From Paramecium tetraurelia (lineage: Eukaryota), in NCBI GenBank assembly GCA_000165425.1, contig CT868163.1, positions 124,001-188,000 of the forward strand: a stretch of 64,000 bases of DNA, written 5' to 3'. The first letter of the stretch is position 1. Every line of letters begins with the position of its first letter. Positions 40,824 to 54,439 of the stretch are shown piece by piece. The translations under genes were made by a program, and so were the position numbers. The notes below the pieces were generated by a model. The model was given only the letters and a program-made list of their open reading frames with translations. It was not told the origin of the DNA and searched no databases.

Positions 40824-41867
40824 ATGAAATAATAATGGGATGATATTAATGAAGATGTTAATCTGATAACCATATTAAAATCAAAGTTTAAACAGACCAA
40901 TCCTACTCAAATTTGTATCTACATTTAATACTAATGAGGTTACAAGTCCTATGATCATGAAGGATTGTTACTTAAAGACAACATAGTTTATAGAGGAATA
41001 ATTCGTAATTACACTTTTGTCTTATAACGAAAGGATAAAAATGAATTCATACTAGACTTTAATCAATACCCACTTAGTATTCCTTAATTACAATTTTAGA
41101 ACTATCCATTTTGTCCAATGATCTCTTTTAATTATAAGTGTTTAGTTATCAGTTTTAGTTCTAATCTCTCACCAATAGTAAACAATGGATCCTATCGCTT
41201 AATTACTACATCAATACATCAAAACCCTATTGTTTTCAGCCTCCCTTGCCCAACTTTTACCTTTAACATAAAATTCCTTTTGATATTTTTGAGAAGAGAG
41301 CAGAGTCCTTAGATTTACTATTGTTTAAAAGCAAATCTATAGCTTGTTAGCTCTAAAGACTAATAACAAATAGTGAATATGGTAAAAGTCATAAAATTAT
41401 GTAGATCATGTTGCTCTTGTTTTAAGAAACAACAAAAATGTGCTCCATATTTTTGAAGCTAACAGTGATAATGGAGTTTGTATATACACATGGGATACTC
41501 TAATGAAGAGCAATTTTCAAGAATACATAACACAAATTAGTTATAGATAATTATATATCAAAAGGGATATGACCTTGCTTTTAAAATTATAAGACTTTAT
41601 ATATAAAAATCACGGCAAAAAGTATTCTGCCAACATCATGAAGTTGTGCAAGAAAAGATCCATTACTGGAGTTGAAAAGGAAAATTACTTTTGCTCCGAA
41701 TTAGTAGCTGCTTGTTATAAAAATTTAGGAATTATGGAAAATGATATTTCATCGTGTTAATTTTGGCCAAGTATTTCATTATAATTATAAATGTAGAGGA
41801 TTTTGCAGGGAACGTGAAATTAGTAAATAATGCTGAATTAAGTCATGAGATAATAATATATTAATGA
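40824..41867 (+). CDS. PH-like domain + permuted papain-like amidase (YaeF/YiiX, permuted NlpC/P60)
   Basis: SKQWILSLN (PH C-helix-like); DLLLFKSK...LQRLITNSEY|DHVALV, FEA, GKKY, YFCSELVAACY, FWP; His precedes Cys. Confidence 0.85.
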
Positions 41868-42258
41868 TTTCATACTATCATTTAACGAAAAATTAATTAA
41901 ACACAAATTAATAAATAAATAAATTAATACACCTACTTGATATCAATTGTAAAATACAAACAAATATTTATTTTTAAGATGTATCTTTTCAGAAGCCAAC
42001 ACATTAATCAATAACATAATATTTTGTAAATTGAGAAGTTTCTCACAATCCTATAAAATGAAAGTTAAAAGAGGTTTATTTTTTGTTTGTCTAAATATTT
42101 TAAACTATAAAAATATGTAATCAAAGTGTGTAGTTTATAAATATTTTCTTACCAAACTAGATCAGTAATGGAGTAAATTTTCTTTCTATTTATTTGATTA
42201 TTTTTTACAGGTTTAAATACCATCTGGGATATGTAAAAGATATATTATCAATATTAAA

Positions 42259-43701
42259 ATGGAATAAATGAGCAAGTACACTCTTAAATTTAAAGCAAAA
42301 GAAATTGAAGACATGTATTAGGCCTAGTCGTTTTAAAAGCATCTAAAGCCATTGTTTTATGGTTTATTGGTCATTACATTGTCATTGAACACTCTTTAAC
42401 TTGTAATTATTGCAAGGAAGGATAATTTAGCCTAAGGGTATATTAATATGGGTTTTATTGTAACTTGTCTCATTGGGTTATATATCATGTACAAAAAGGA
42501 AGGATTGACAGCAAAGATTTTGACTATTACTAATGCTTATTCGTTGTCTTTACAATTCAATTTTACTCCTGAAAATACAGAAAATTAAGAATATTTTTTA
42601 TATGGTTGTAATTTCTCACTGATTTAGGCAGTAATATACTTTGCAACTGACTTTAATTTAAGTTGTCCTTCTCTCATATTTCATATTATTTTCAGATAAA
42701 CAGCAACGATTTTATTAACTAATAAAATAGACATCTAGTGTTTGTCATTGTCAGTTGTTGCTGCTATATTAGCCACAAGTGTTTTATACATTTGTAATAG
42801 AGCCTAAAGAATGCAATTTTTGATGAGCTATCAACAAGATACTATTAATAATTAGTTGCATAAATTAATAAATAAGCCATTCACAAAGATTTAGTATAAT
42901 GAGAAGAAACTGTATATGGATGTTTAGACAACTGCAATTTAAGAACAATTCTGGAATTTCAGAAGTGATATTTGTTATGGATGTAATATCAGAAGTTTTC
43001 TTCGCATTTGTGTCTTCAACAATATGTCTTTAGAACAGGCTTTAATTATGGGCCAAGCTAAATTTGATGAGATATTTGAGGTTAAATAATTCAGAAAACG
43101 AATCAAACTTCGATTATGCTAGTATAACATTGATAATAGTATTATTTTAATTTAAGAAAATGTTTAATAAGATCCAGTTCAATATAATAAAATTTCACAG
43201 AATTTATAATAATCACTTTTCAAATAATTTAAAACCATTAAAAAGACGCCCTTAAGTTAGCAATTCAAGTTCGGAACTCTATCAGTTTTAATGTTGAGAC
43301 AATTTAAGATCTAAACTATAAATATAAGGAAATTGATACAACATTTAATCTCTATCTACTTATATCCTAAAAAAGCAAAATTAAATTTGAATGGAAATCG
43401 CACTATAAAATTAAAAACTTATGGGTACTTAATGAAAATATACTTAATCTAAGTGTTTAGCATTTTAAGAGAATTAGAATATCAAAAAAACTACTTAGAG
43501 GAAATTAATATAAAGAATTTAGAAACACATCTCCAAATTAAAATAACGATAACAGATTAGTTCTCTTTTTTTCCGCTCTACTCAAAAAATTATTTTATTG
43601 AATAAACTGCTCCTTATTTGCTATTAAATCCATTAGGTTATGATTTGGAATTTTAATTTAGCAAGATATTGCCTTTTAGCGATATTAATCTATAATATTG
43701 A
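42259..43701 (+). CDS. Multi-TM membrane protein, possibly a degenerate histidine-kinase-like receptor
   Basis: Apparently intronless ~480-codon frame; MSKYTLKFKAKEIEDMY followed by ~5-6 hydrophobic helices and a soluble C-terminal half. Confidence 0.7.
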
Positions 43702-43729
43702 TTTATTATTTAATTATTAAATTAAACCT

Positions 43730-44862
43730 TCACTCTTTTCTGTAAATCAATATCCTATCTTTGATTTCTTTTTAAAAGTCTCTATTGAAAGTATTCATGA
43801 TTCTATTAGCAATAGGTTCACCACAAGAAATACAATTCAACTAAGTTTCTAAACACTGGTAACATGTAACTTTGTGTCCACAAGGAGTTGTTATAATAAC
43901 TTCTGTAGAGTTCTTAAATCATAAATAAATAATACAAAGCACTTTTAGCATTTAGTAATTGAACCCTCATCTTGAGATGGTTAATTTAAATGTTGATCTA
44001 TTTCTAAAAGATTAGCATTATTCCAATTTTAATTCAATTTAGTATTATCGTTCTCTGGTTCATCAAAGTTCAATAGATCTGCATTTTATAAAAACTTAGA
44101 TGTTGATTATTATTTTTTAATTTGAACTTATTAGATTTCATTTGATTTAATGAATTGCCCTACTATTACTTACTGATTCATTAATTTGCCAGACTTTAAA
44201 AAATTACCTTTGCCACATTTCCTATTCAAACATTTTTATTTAAATTGACTTTAATTTTGGGTGAAAGTTGAAACTTCTTTGCAAAATGAGCAAATTTGCT
44301 TAAAAAAGGGTTTGTTGCACGAATTGCAGTAATTTTTGATCTCATTGTTGAAATTATCAATTGTAATTAAGGTTTAACAGTTAGTGCATCTAAATAGTAA
44401 GATATGAAAGATACTTAAGCGCTTAAACTTATTCGCAATTTAGAACACATGTTAATAACTTGCCATCTAAACTATTCTTAGATTCATTCACTGTGTACCA
44501 TGTTTAACACTATTTACAATCTAAATAATAGTTAGTGATTTTGCAAGAAGAACATTTGCATGAGTTATCTTTCTAGAAATATATTTTATAAAGATACAAG
44601 TCCTCTTAAATTGAGGTATGTACATTCTCCACATGGAGACAGTATGGATTCTGTTTGACAAGTGTTGCAAGTCCAATGTTTGTTTGTACCCGTCATTAAA
44701 TCAAAAAAGGTTGGTTATGTGAATTGACAAAATTAGCATTTCACGATTCCAAATAGTGATCCACATTGACATGCGTAGGTACGTGAGTCTTCAACTAAAT
44801 AACAAACATTTAGTGATATAATAATACTTAAGATGGCAATCAATGCATTCAATCTAAGACAT
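43730..44862 (-). CDS. Multi-zinc-ribbon protein with C-terminal C3HC4 RING (putative E3 ligase)
   Basis: About 12 Cys pairs, then KCQKCF...TPCGHKVTCYQC...CISCGEPI. Confidence 0.8.
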
Positions 44863-44998
44863 TTATTATAAAAAATATTATTGATATATAAATAAAAATG
44901 TAATTTGCATATATATTTAATTTTTAATGGTATGAAATAAAATTTATGAATTTTTATAAGAGCAGCGAATAATTAATATATATATATAATTATAATAT

Positions 44999-45934
44999 AT
45001 GAATAATTAGCCTGTTTATATGTCTGCTGAGCAAATCAACGCATTATTCTAGAGGGATTCGACTTTCGAGATGAGAGATGATAGAATTAATTCATTTTAG
45101 AACGATTTCAAAAAAAATGAAGTATGACTTTTTATGTTAGTTAAGACTTTGAAGTCTGAAAGTGTTGAATGCGAAGAGAACAGACCAACTAATTAGAGTG
45201 AGAGCATGATGATGAGTAAGAATTATTTAGCTTAAGCGTTATAGTAACCAGGGAGGAGTATCAGAGCTTATAGCAAGAGTACGATAGACGCAAAGATATG
45301 GAGGAGAAATATAAGGAAGATATCAATAGATTAATGAGGGAACTCAAACAAAAGTGCAGCGAATTGGAGCATATGAAAAGAGAACATGAGATTTTATTGG
45401 AACAGAATCAAAGAAGAGAATGTATCCTTTATTAATAAATGAACAGCAACACTTTAGAATCTGAGACTGTAGATTCAAGAAGCCAACAACAGAGAGTAGA
45501 AGGCTGTTATTGAATTAGGGGAGTTGTATGAATAGAATATGTAAATGAAACAGCAATTAGAGATTGTCCAATAGAAGTATAACAATTTATAGAAGCAACA
45601 CAAGTTTGAAATTGACAGAAAGGACAAACAAATCGATTAATTTAAAATTCAAATCATGCAACTCAATGAGGATAATGAAAGACTTAAGGCAGAAAACCCT
45701 ACAGGATTTCTCAATCTCGACTCTCAGAGAGTTTCATAAGATAAAACCTAAAATCAATGGGCTTAATTTAATTCGAGTGCTTACAAAAGCAGTATTCAAT
45801 TTTAAAAGGAGAAACCAGTTACTCAAATTTAGTTTAAGAGCAATTACGATTCCAAAGTTATATTCGGAAAGAAGTCTCAAAATACATTAAAATACCAACA
45901 GTCGCAATAAGATTTGTACCCTAAAGGATCATGA
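44999..45934 (+). CDS. Coiled-coil hypothetical protein
   Basis: MNNQPVYMSAEQINALFQRDSTFEMRDD...; E/K/Q heptads; short introns; TGA 45932-45934. Confidence 0.65.
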
Positions 45935-46404
45935 GTCAATATTATATATAAATTCTATATTTTAATGCCTTTTAAACAATAATAACCTTTATTATACTTT
46001 ATACATCATATTCATCAATCAAAACAACCTAGACACATGAATAATGGTCTCATACTGAATTGTTCATAGATAATAGATATAAATTCAAATTAAAAATAAT
46101 AATACTCATTTCTCAATTTAGTGCTATGCAAATACTTGGATTAGATATTATTCAATATTCATATTACTGCTCTGGAATTATTCCAATTACACTTTTTCTC
46201 TCGGATTCACACGATTAATTCAATTTATTTTAACATCACATGTTTAAATCTATCCTAATAAATGGTCTTATCATTTATTCAATGTGACTACAATAATTCA
46301 ATGACCTGTTGATACTAATAATTTAATAATGAGGATGTTAAGATAGATAGAAAATTTAGATAACCATTTAAAAATATGAAATTTATTATAAAATAATTTA
46401 TTAC

Positions 46405-47603
46405 TCATTATGGGTATTTTATGCTAAAAGCATAGATATCAAGGATTTCACATAATTCACGAACTATACTTGTTACACAATGTAGATAGGATAAAAGTGA
46501 GAATGCTAATAGGACGAAGATCAATTTGACTTCATCAAAATAGCAAAGACCGTCTGCTGTTAAAAACTATGATATCAAATTCAACATAATCGAACCCAAT
46601 GTCAAAGCCCATGTGATTGAATACTAACTGAAAGTCTATATATAATTTATTTGTTATTTTACTTCTTTAGTAATGATTGCCAACTACCATAAGTTAATCA
46701 TTTTTGACCACTGCAATCCAATAGTCACAACATAAATATGGAACCATTTTGATAGTACATTAGTTGGTGATAGATAGGTCAAACTAACGAAGGTTATCAT
46801 TAAAGTAATAGGTAAGGAGAGACTTTATAGAATTTTTAGAATGTTCCAATTCATTTTCTTGAATACAGGGTAACAAAATTAAATGATCGTAACAATAGAT
46901 GCAGTAATAGTGATCACTAGCAACACTGTATTGTATTGAATTGAAATAGTATTAGTGAGTTAAATTTCATTCAGCCAAAATTATGAGGACTTGAATGCAG
47001 TTATCAAGAAAAATAATTATAGGATAGGTAGTCCTTCATCAACTCCATTAATGACTCCCAATTAAAATACTCCTGTGTGTTATTAACAATAAACACCAAA
47101 ATAAAACCCTAAGAAACTTACACCTATTGCTGTTAACATGTTAAATGGAGTAAACACAATTTTGAAAGCATTCATGTACAATAATCCAGATATCCAAGTA
47201 GCTGTGCAATCACTGCCATGATCCATGAGCATTCCCAAAGCAGTCGATTATTTTGTTCTTCTGGCTTATTTTCCATCTGCATTGTCTAATGTCTGATACA
47301 CAAATATTGTCCAAGCTATATATAGACTCGCCCATTAAGGTAAATCCAAATCGAACATTGGATTCAATATGAAAATCAGGACAAAGGATGTTAATAAATT
47401 GCAGAATCCTGTAATAGTGATAAGGTTTGGTGCTACTGATTTAGGCAATTAATCAACCTGAAAGGTTTTAATAGTATGTATACCACCCATTATGCAAGAT
47501 CCCCTAGAATCCAATTGTATAAAATTGAAAGATTCTGACCACTGTATTTAAACCTTCTCAAATTTTCATAATATTATGGATTCACATATTTTTGAAAAAG
47601 CAT
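46405..47603 (-). CDS. CDP-alcohol phosphatidyltransferase (choline/ethanolamine phosphotransferase, CEPT/EPT)
   Basis: FKYSG, APNLITITG, signature [30 protein letters not shown], C-terminal ELCEILDIYAFSIK. Confidence 0.95.
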
Positions 47604-47739
47604 TTTAATTAATCAATAAATACCATAAACTTAAATTAAATATCAATACTTAGTCATTTTAATAAGGAAAAATCTGTATTGAAACACAGAATTAAAAATG
47701 TTTAAGAAATGTGATAAGTAACAATATGAAATATTAATA

Positions 47740-50639
47740 TCATTTAATCAATAGTTTTTCGATTTCTTCATAATGATTGTACATTTCCCAATACGTTATG
47801 AATCCTTTTCCAAATAGATCAATTTCATGGTAGAGACTAAATGAAAATCATATTTATTTACATTTCAGCTTAAATTCTATCATTCAGCTAATTGATAAAA
47901 TTGTCCATGTTCACATTTCCATTAAGTAGATTATACAATTCCTTAATTGGATTTACATGACTCTCCTTTTCTACACAGGTTTCCCTCAAGGTCTTTCCTA
48001 AATCTTCTAAATTAATCCATCCATCTTCATCAGTATCTGCCAATTTAAACAAAGAATCTAAATCCAACTATGCATTTGGGATGGCTATCTTTGCATTTTC
48101 CATAAGTTAATATAGATTCAACCTTTTGGTGAATCTATGATGAACCAAATAAGTGAATAATTCTTCAGCAGTGACACCTCTGATTTCTAAACTCTTTACA
48201 AGTTGAGAAGGTTCAGTTTTGAGAGTCGTTTGATTTTACTTTGATTGTTCTGACTCAATTTATAATTGGGATTCATACACATTTTCTTACTTTATGTGAT
48301 AAGAAGGTTCTTAAGGAGTGAGTATGCTTTTCCAATCTGTAAATAAATTTTAGTATTCTGCATTCACCATTTATTTATAGTTTAGACTGATTAATTGTGG
48401 AATTATATAGGTTTCCTTATATACATAATGTTTATCCTATTAAATATATTGCTATATTTCAGCTGCATTATATTACAATATGCATTCGCTTCTTTAATCA
48501 CTTTGATTGAGAGGTGCTTAAGAAACAATGGTTTGGAATTCCATTTTGACTGGAGTGAGATCCTCAAAAAATGGATCAATAACTGAATTTGCTGTATTGA
48601 AGACAATTTGCTGTTCTTATGGCTTAACTTCTTATATTTCATCAAGTATCTTAAATTCCTCATTTTCTTTATGCTCAATCTGACTGTCCAATTTTTCTTA
48701 CTTCTTGAACGATTCCATTTTTTTATGTGATTAATCTTCCTTTTGTTTCTTCCTGAAATCTAGATTGGATCGACTAGGTGATTTAATGGAAGGATTCGAA
48801 CTCATTGATGTATTCCATTCACATCTCTCTTTTGATTTGACTTTTCTCAAAATAAGGGGAGCCCCTTGCACTTTTTCAGGTGATCCTTTTTTATCTTTAA
48901 GGAACTTTCTTAATTCTTATTGTAGATCATTGAGATCACTCCTTTTTTTATATTTCGCAACCAATTCAATGAGTTTCACATTTTCATCCTTAACCATTTG
49001 CCTCAATTACAAACGATCTTCCTTCATAATTTCTACAATAATCAACAATTATTCTTACTTGTACATTTCTCGATCACTTATATCGTTTCCAATTATTCAT
49101 TTTTCCTTGACTTATTCGAGATTTTTAGCATGTTTAACGGATAATTAATATATAAAAAAGCTAAATATAAAAAATCAAACTATTCCAAATTACTCTTATT
49201 TCTTTGCTATCATTTATATCTCCCTCAGAAAATTCACACTTTATATCGTAAGTTCATCATTTTGTTGATTAATTACATCATTTAATTTCTCTATTTTCTC
49301 TTTCTATAACAAATACTTCTCTTTCATTTACTCAAACTATTAAATATACCAATAATCGTACTTAATCTTGATTTTATTGTAACTATTCCTTAAGATTATC
49401 AATCTATTTTTCATGATCGCTCTAAATCTTTTTATTGTTTCGTTCTTTTGATACTTTATCTTCCTCATATTCCTTAATCTGCATTCTTAATTGTGAATTC
49501 TCAATCTCTAAATGATTACATTAGTCTTTCTGTTTCTCTAATTGCTTTTACAAACTTAGGAATTAAACTTGTAATGAAGATAAATCTTATTCTACAGTGT
49601 TGAGTTTATTTTAAGTAAATTCTTGCTCAAATATCAATTTCTCATGTTTTCTCTTATAGTCTGTTAATTATTCATCTAATTATTTGATAGTTTAATTTTG
49701 TTCAATAAATTCTGGAATCTCTAAAACCTTAGTATTCGTTGATCTTTCCACTTTATTGAATTTATTAAATTCATTTGATTCTTCCAGAGATTTAAGTTTT
49801 TACATACTCTATTAATATTTATTTTAAAGAATTTGATATTGAAGCTTTTAATTTTGAACTTCATGATTCTATTATTCCAATTTTACTTTTTATTAATTAA
49901 CTAAATACTCATTCTCTTTTGATTATTGCAATTCTTACTTTTAATTTTCATTTTACTTTTCTAAATATTCATTCTCATTTCTCAACTCTATATTATTTTT
50001 CTTAAGAGACTTAATTTCCTCAATTAATACTGATTTCTCCTCCTCGAATTTTTTGATCTACTCCTAAAGATTAGAAATCTTCTATTTAGATTAATCAAGA
50101 TCCTTTAGACTTTTTTCATATAATTCTTTATTCAATTAGTTATCATAATTAGATATTTTTAGTGAGTTGACTTTCGAATTCTAATTCTCCTTATCTAAAC
50201 CAAAAGATTCCCCCAAAGATCTCTGATTAAATGATTCATTTATTCTACTTTCAGTATAATCAGTTTCGCCTAAATTGAGTATTTGATAAGCAAAGTGTAT
50301 TTTAGCATTTGAATCAGGACTTCTATCTAAATTCAATACACATTATCCTTCACTTGCCATTGTTCCATTAATATCAAAGTTAACCACTCCAGCCAATTTA
50401 GATTGACCTTAGACATTAAGTAAAACAACTAAGAAACTCTTTTTTGGAGCATTGTCCCCTATAGTAAATTCTTATGTAAGACTTTCATTCACAATAAAGA
50501 TATTTTTGGATTTCTCTTTAGCTTTTGTTACACATTTATTTTGACCTCGCTTCCACATTACTTGCAATGTACAAGGAAACTTTATTGATAGTTCTACTTT
50601 GCTTATTTGCAAAGTCACCTAATAGCAAAAACCTTTCAT
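47740..50639 (-). CDS. NT-type C2 domain + coiled coil + EF-hand protein
   Basis: VTLQISKVEL...LQVMWKRG...KLAGVVNFDI (EEIG1/EHBP1-type C2); long coiled coil; EF loop DTDEDGWINLED. Confidence 0.75.
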
Positions 50640-50845
50640 TTTTAAATATAATCTGTTAATTAAAAATTATACTACTAATTTCTAATAAATTAATTATCAC
50701 TCTTTATTAATAAACACAAATTTAATTGCTAAAAATGTTGCCAATATAAATCATGATTTCCATAATGTTTTATGAATTTATAACAACTTCATATATTATT
50801 ATTATAAATGATTCAAATGAATTATTGAATATCTATAGATTAAAA

Positions 50846-51502
50846 TCATTTCTTTGTTTTCTTTTATGGTTTAGGAGATTCATCTTCACTTTCTTCTTCA
50901 TCTTCATCTTCGTCCTCATCATCATTAAATTCAGAATCACTTCCTATACCTTCTTCAAAATCATTATCTTCCTATGATTAATAATTAATTTACATCAGAG
51001 TATTCAATACCCTTCCCATCCTTATTTTTATTGTCTAATACCTACAAATTTGGTAGCATTTCAAAGATTTTTTGATGATATCCAGCTTGCTATTCCACTT
51101 CATTATCAGATAAATCCAATTGTTATAAAGATGATAAATTTTTTAGTACTTGCAATTCCTATTATAAATCTTAATTTATACTTCTAATGATTTGATTTAG
51201 TTTTCCGCTAAAGATAGGCAAATTATATTTTTGAAATTTTCACTAATGTACTTTAATGCACTTCCATCTAAACAATTACCTTCCAACATCAACACTTCTA
51301 ATTAATCCATGGCTGGCAATCCATTTAATTGCTTGAGTCCACAACATGTAATAGCCAGAGTTTTTAATTTTTAATGTTTTTTCAAACTTTCCGTAATTTC
51401 TTGTGTAAGCTACTCTATTCTAATCTCTTAGATATCTAGTTCTTCCAATTCGCCCTAGTCTTCGGCTTACTTCTTTATTTAATTGATAATTTTTTCTGCC
51501 AT
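50846..51502 (-). CDS. ANP32-like acidic leucine-rich repeat protein
   Basis: LRRs (LKQLNGLPAMDQLEVLMLEGN, LQQLDLSDN), LRR cap YHQKIFEMLPNLQVLD, D/E tail and terminal KPQKKTKK. Confidence 0.85.
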
Positions 51503-51919
51503 ATTTATTAATATAACATTTGTTAAACTAAAATATCTCAAGTACATATATTAACCAATCAAATATCATATTTTCAATTTATTATTATTCCTTACAAATA
51601 AATTGAAATTTTGATTAATTTTTATTAACTCTATCATATATTTATATTGTTTATATAGCGCTAACTAAAGCTTTACAGAATTGCATTATTCATTCAATAT
51701 AATAAAACTATCCTTTTTATTAGCAAACCTAATAAAAGAATTCGAACTGTTTTATATATTGATTAAAGAATATGTCATACTTAAGTATTTTGAATGTCTA
51801 ATGCATCAGAACAAGAATTACATAATTAAAGATCTTCTTACTCTAATTATTTAATATTAAGAATTCATTTAAGTGATTTATATTGTTTATATATAAAATA
51901 AATTATATGTTGGAAAACA

Positions 51920-54270
51920 TCAAAAATTATTAATTCTCTACTTCTTTCGACCCTTATTTAAGCTATTATTTAAACTCTAACATGCCTACTGATACTGTTA
52001 AGTCTAGAATATATCTAAAGAATTAATTAAATTATCACTTCTATCTTACTTTTTAGTCTCCTAAAAAAGAGATAGGACATCATTCTTAAAATACAACTAC
52101 TGATTTTTTGAGTCATTTTATTATTGTTAATATGGGTTAGATTAGAATAAGTTTAAACTTGAAACTGAATTCGATGTTTAGTGCTATTAAGAAAACAGGT
52201 TTTATAGTTAGTAATTTGACTATTGCATCAATTATTCTGAATAATAATGCTATTATTACTATTATTATTACTATTAAAATAGATTATTTTATTAAGTTTA
52301 CTATTGCTGATAATTCAGTTTTGCAGACTCAAAACTATATGTCTACTGTTAAATAATCGGAGTAATTTAAGGAGCCAATTAAAAGATATCCAATGATTTG
52401 TTTTAAGGGTACGTTTGCAGTCTTGCATTGCCAAAATTATTAACGTTCAGCATTGACTGTAAATTTTAAGGGTTTTATTTATCTTATGTATTATTAATTA
52501 TTGATTAAGATTATGATATTGTTATTTTGAACAAATCATCAATTGGTTGATTTTAATTTTATGGTTAACATCCATTATTTTGATTTGCTGTTAAGCCCCC
52601 TTGGAAATACTGACTTATTTAATCAGAACTGATATTTGGACTTATTACTAAAAATGGATTATATTCCTTATTTAATTTCTCATTTTTCTCTATAACTTAT
52701 TTGTTCTGATTATTTAGAAAACTGCTTTGAAGTATATTTTTTTGAATTTCTTTGCATTGTTAATTTTAAGGATTTTGCAATTTTTATTCTTTCTCTGCTA
52801 TCTGGTCCTATTTATCATATTAAGACTATATTTTTTTTTTCAATAGTTAATCTCCTTACAACAAAACCTAAGTATGAATTTTCTCTTTTTAGTTTTCTAA
52901 TTTTTATTACAATTGCGTTTATTTTGAAGTAACAACTTAGATATTAGAGAGATTCACATTTTCGAATTGTTCTCCATCTTATTAATCTATTTATGTCAAA
53001 TTACTTCTCTTCCTCTATTCCAAATTTTATTTTACCTATTGCATGTTACCCTTATTCCCTTCCACCTAAGTAAAAATTAATTTTGATTGTTCAGACTATT
53101 AAATTGATTAATTCTCGCTTTTTTTTCTTTATTATTCTATATTATTTTGACTAATACAAACGTCTTTTTGTATCAGGATTTAATTCACTTAATTGAACTC
53201 TAGTTATTTCTAAATTAATATTAAATTAATTACTTGATGAAAATCATATTCATTTGATTTTTAATAATTTTGAAACTCTTATCCTTAATCTTAGTTAAAA
53301 TTCAAAAGTTTTTGATTGTTATCTATATTTTGTAGATTAAACTAAGATTCTGATTAGAAATCTGCATTTTTAAAACTGACTAGGGTATCATTTGCTTCAA
53401 CCTTTGAGTTCATACCCGTTGAACTTGATTAGTTTTTATCAACGTTTATATCATCTTTAATACATTCATTATTTGATGGATAAAGTGCTAAAAATGAGGA
53501 TGCTTTTAATTTCTCCAGTAATTATTCAGATTTTTAGCATTTATTATCGTCATTTTAACCAATTTCTAAAGTCTCTAGAATTTTCATTGATGATTAATTA
53601 TCACTTATTTCACCTTTCAATAATTTATTTGGGATGCTACTCTCTGCGAAGATATCTAATTATTTAACCTTCTTATTTGAAGTATTTGATAAATGTTCTG
53701 TAGGACATCCTTTTTTTTCATTTAAACTAACTTACATAGAATTTATTATATTTTGGTTGAACTCTGGCTATATCTAGTTTTCTATTGACATAATTTACAA
53801 ATATTACCTTCCATTTTTCTATCCTATTAAATTTTTGCATGATCTTTGTACAACTTTCTTTATTTTTTAACATTTTATGATTTGAGGTCTGAATCATTTG
53901 TTTTTCTGTCTAGAACAGTTTAAGTTTCTTTAGGCATTTTTTTTGGTATATTTAATTCCTCTTTAAGGTATTATTCGAAGGAAATAAAGGACTTACGCTT
54001 TAGAGCCATACTGTAATCTTTATTTGGAACAATTCGATCAACTAGAACAAGATTCTTTTTAAATTAATTAGATAGTTCTTATTCTAATTTTTAATCCTCA
54101 AAGGGTTATATCCTTTACAACAAGCTTTGAGAGTTGATGGTTGGTTAGAACAAAGCTGAAATTTTATTTTTTAACTTAGTTATGATCCCTGGCTTCAGGT
54201 TTTTCGAGGAACCAAAAGGATTGAAACTGGAATAATTGATCCTTTGATTTTCAAGCAGAAATTTATGCAT
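51920..54270 (-). CDS. Q/N-rich hypothetical protein with basic C-terminus
   Basis: MHKFLLENQRINYSSFNPFGSSKNLKPG...; ends NKGRKKQRINNF*; internal introns not fully traced. Confidence 0.65.
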
Positions 54271-54439
54271 AAATAAATAAATAATATATTTAAATAAATA
54301 AGATCATCAAGATGACAAATATTTAAATGTTTAATATTTACTAATAAAATGATACATAATTATTTATTACTACTAAAACTATAACACCATATTTTATTTT
54401 TAAAAACCTAATTATTTTAATAATATTATATTAAATTAA

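Noticed and set aside
46405..46420. Possible selenocysteine TGA, as in vertebrate EPT1/SELENOI
   Set aside because: The TGA follows the normal family C-terminus, and I saw no SECIS-like hairpin in the AT-rich downstream DNA.
46410..46620. Plus-strand MGILCQK... ORF resembling a myristoylated peptide
   Set aside because: It lies antisense to the last exon of the CEPT/EPT gene and stops after ~39 codons.
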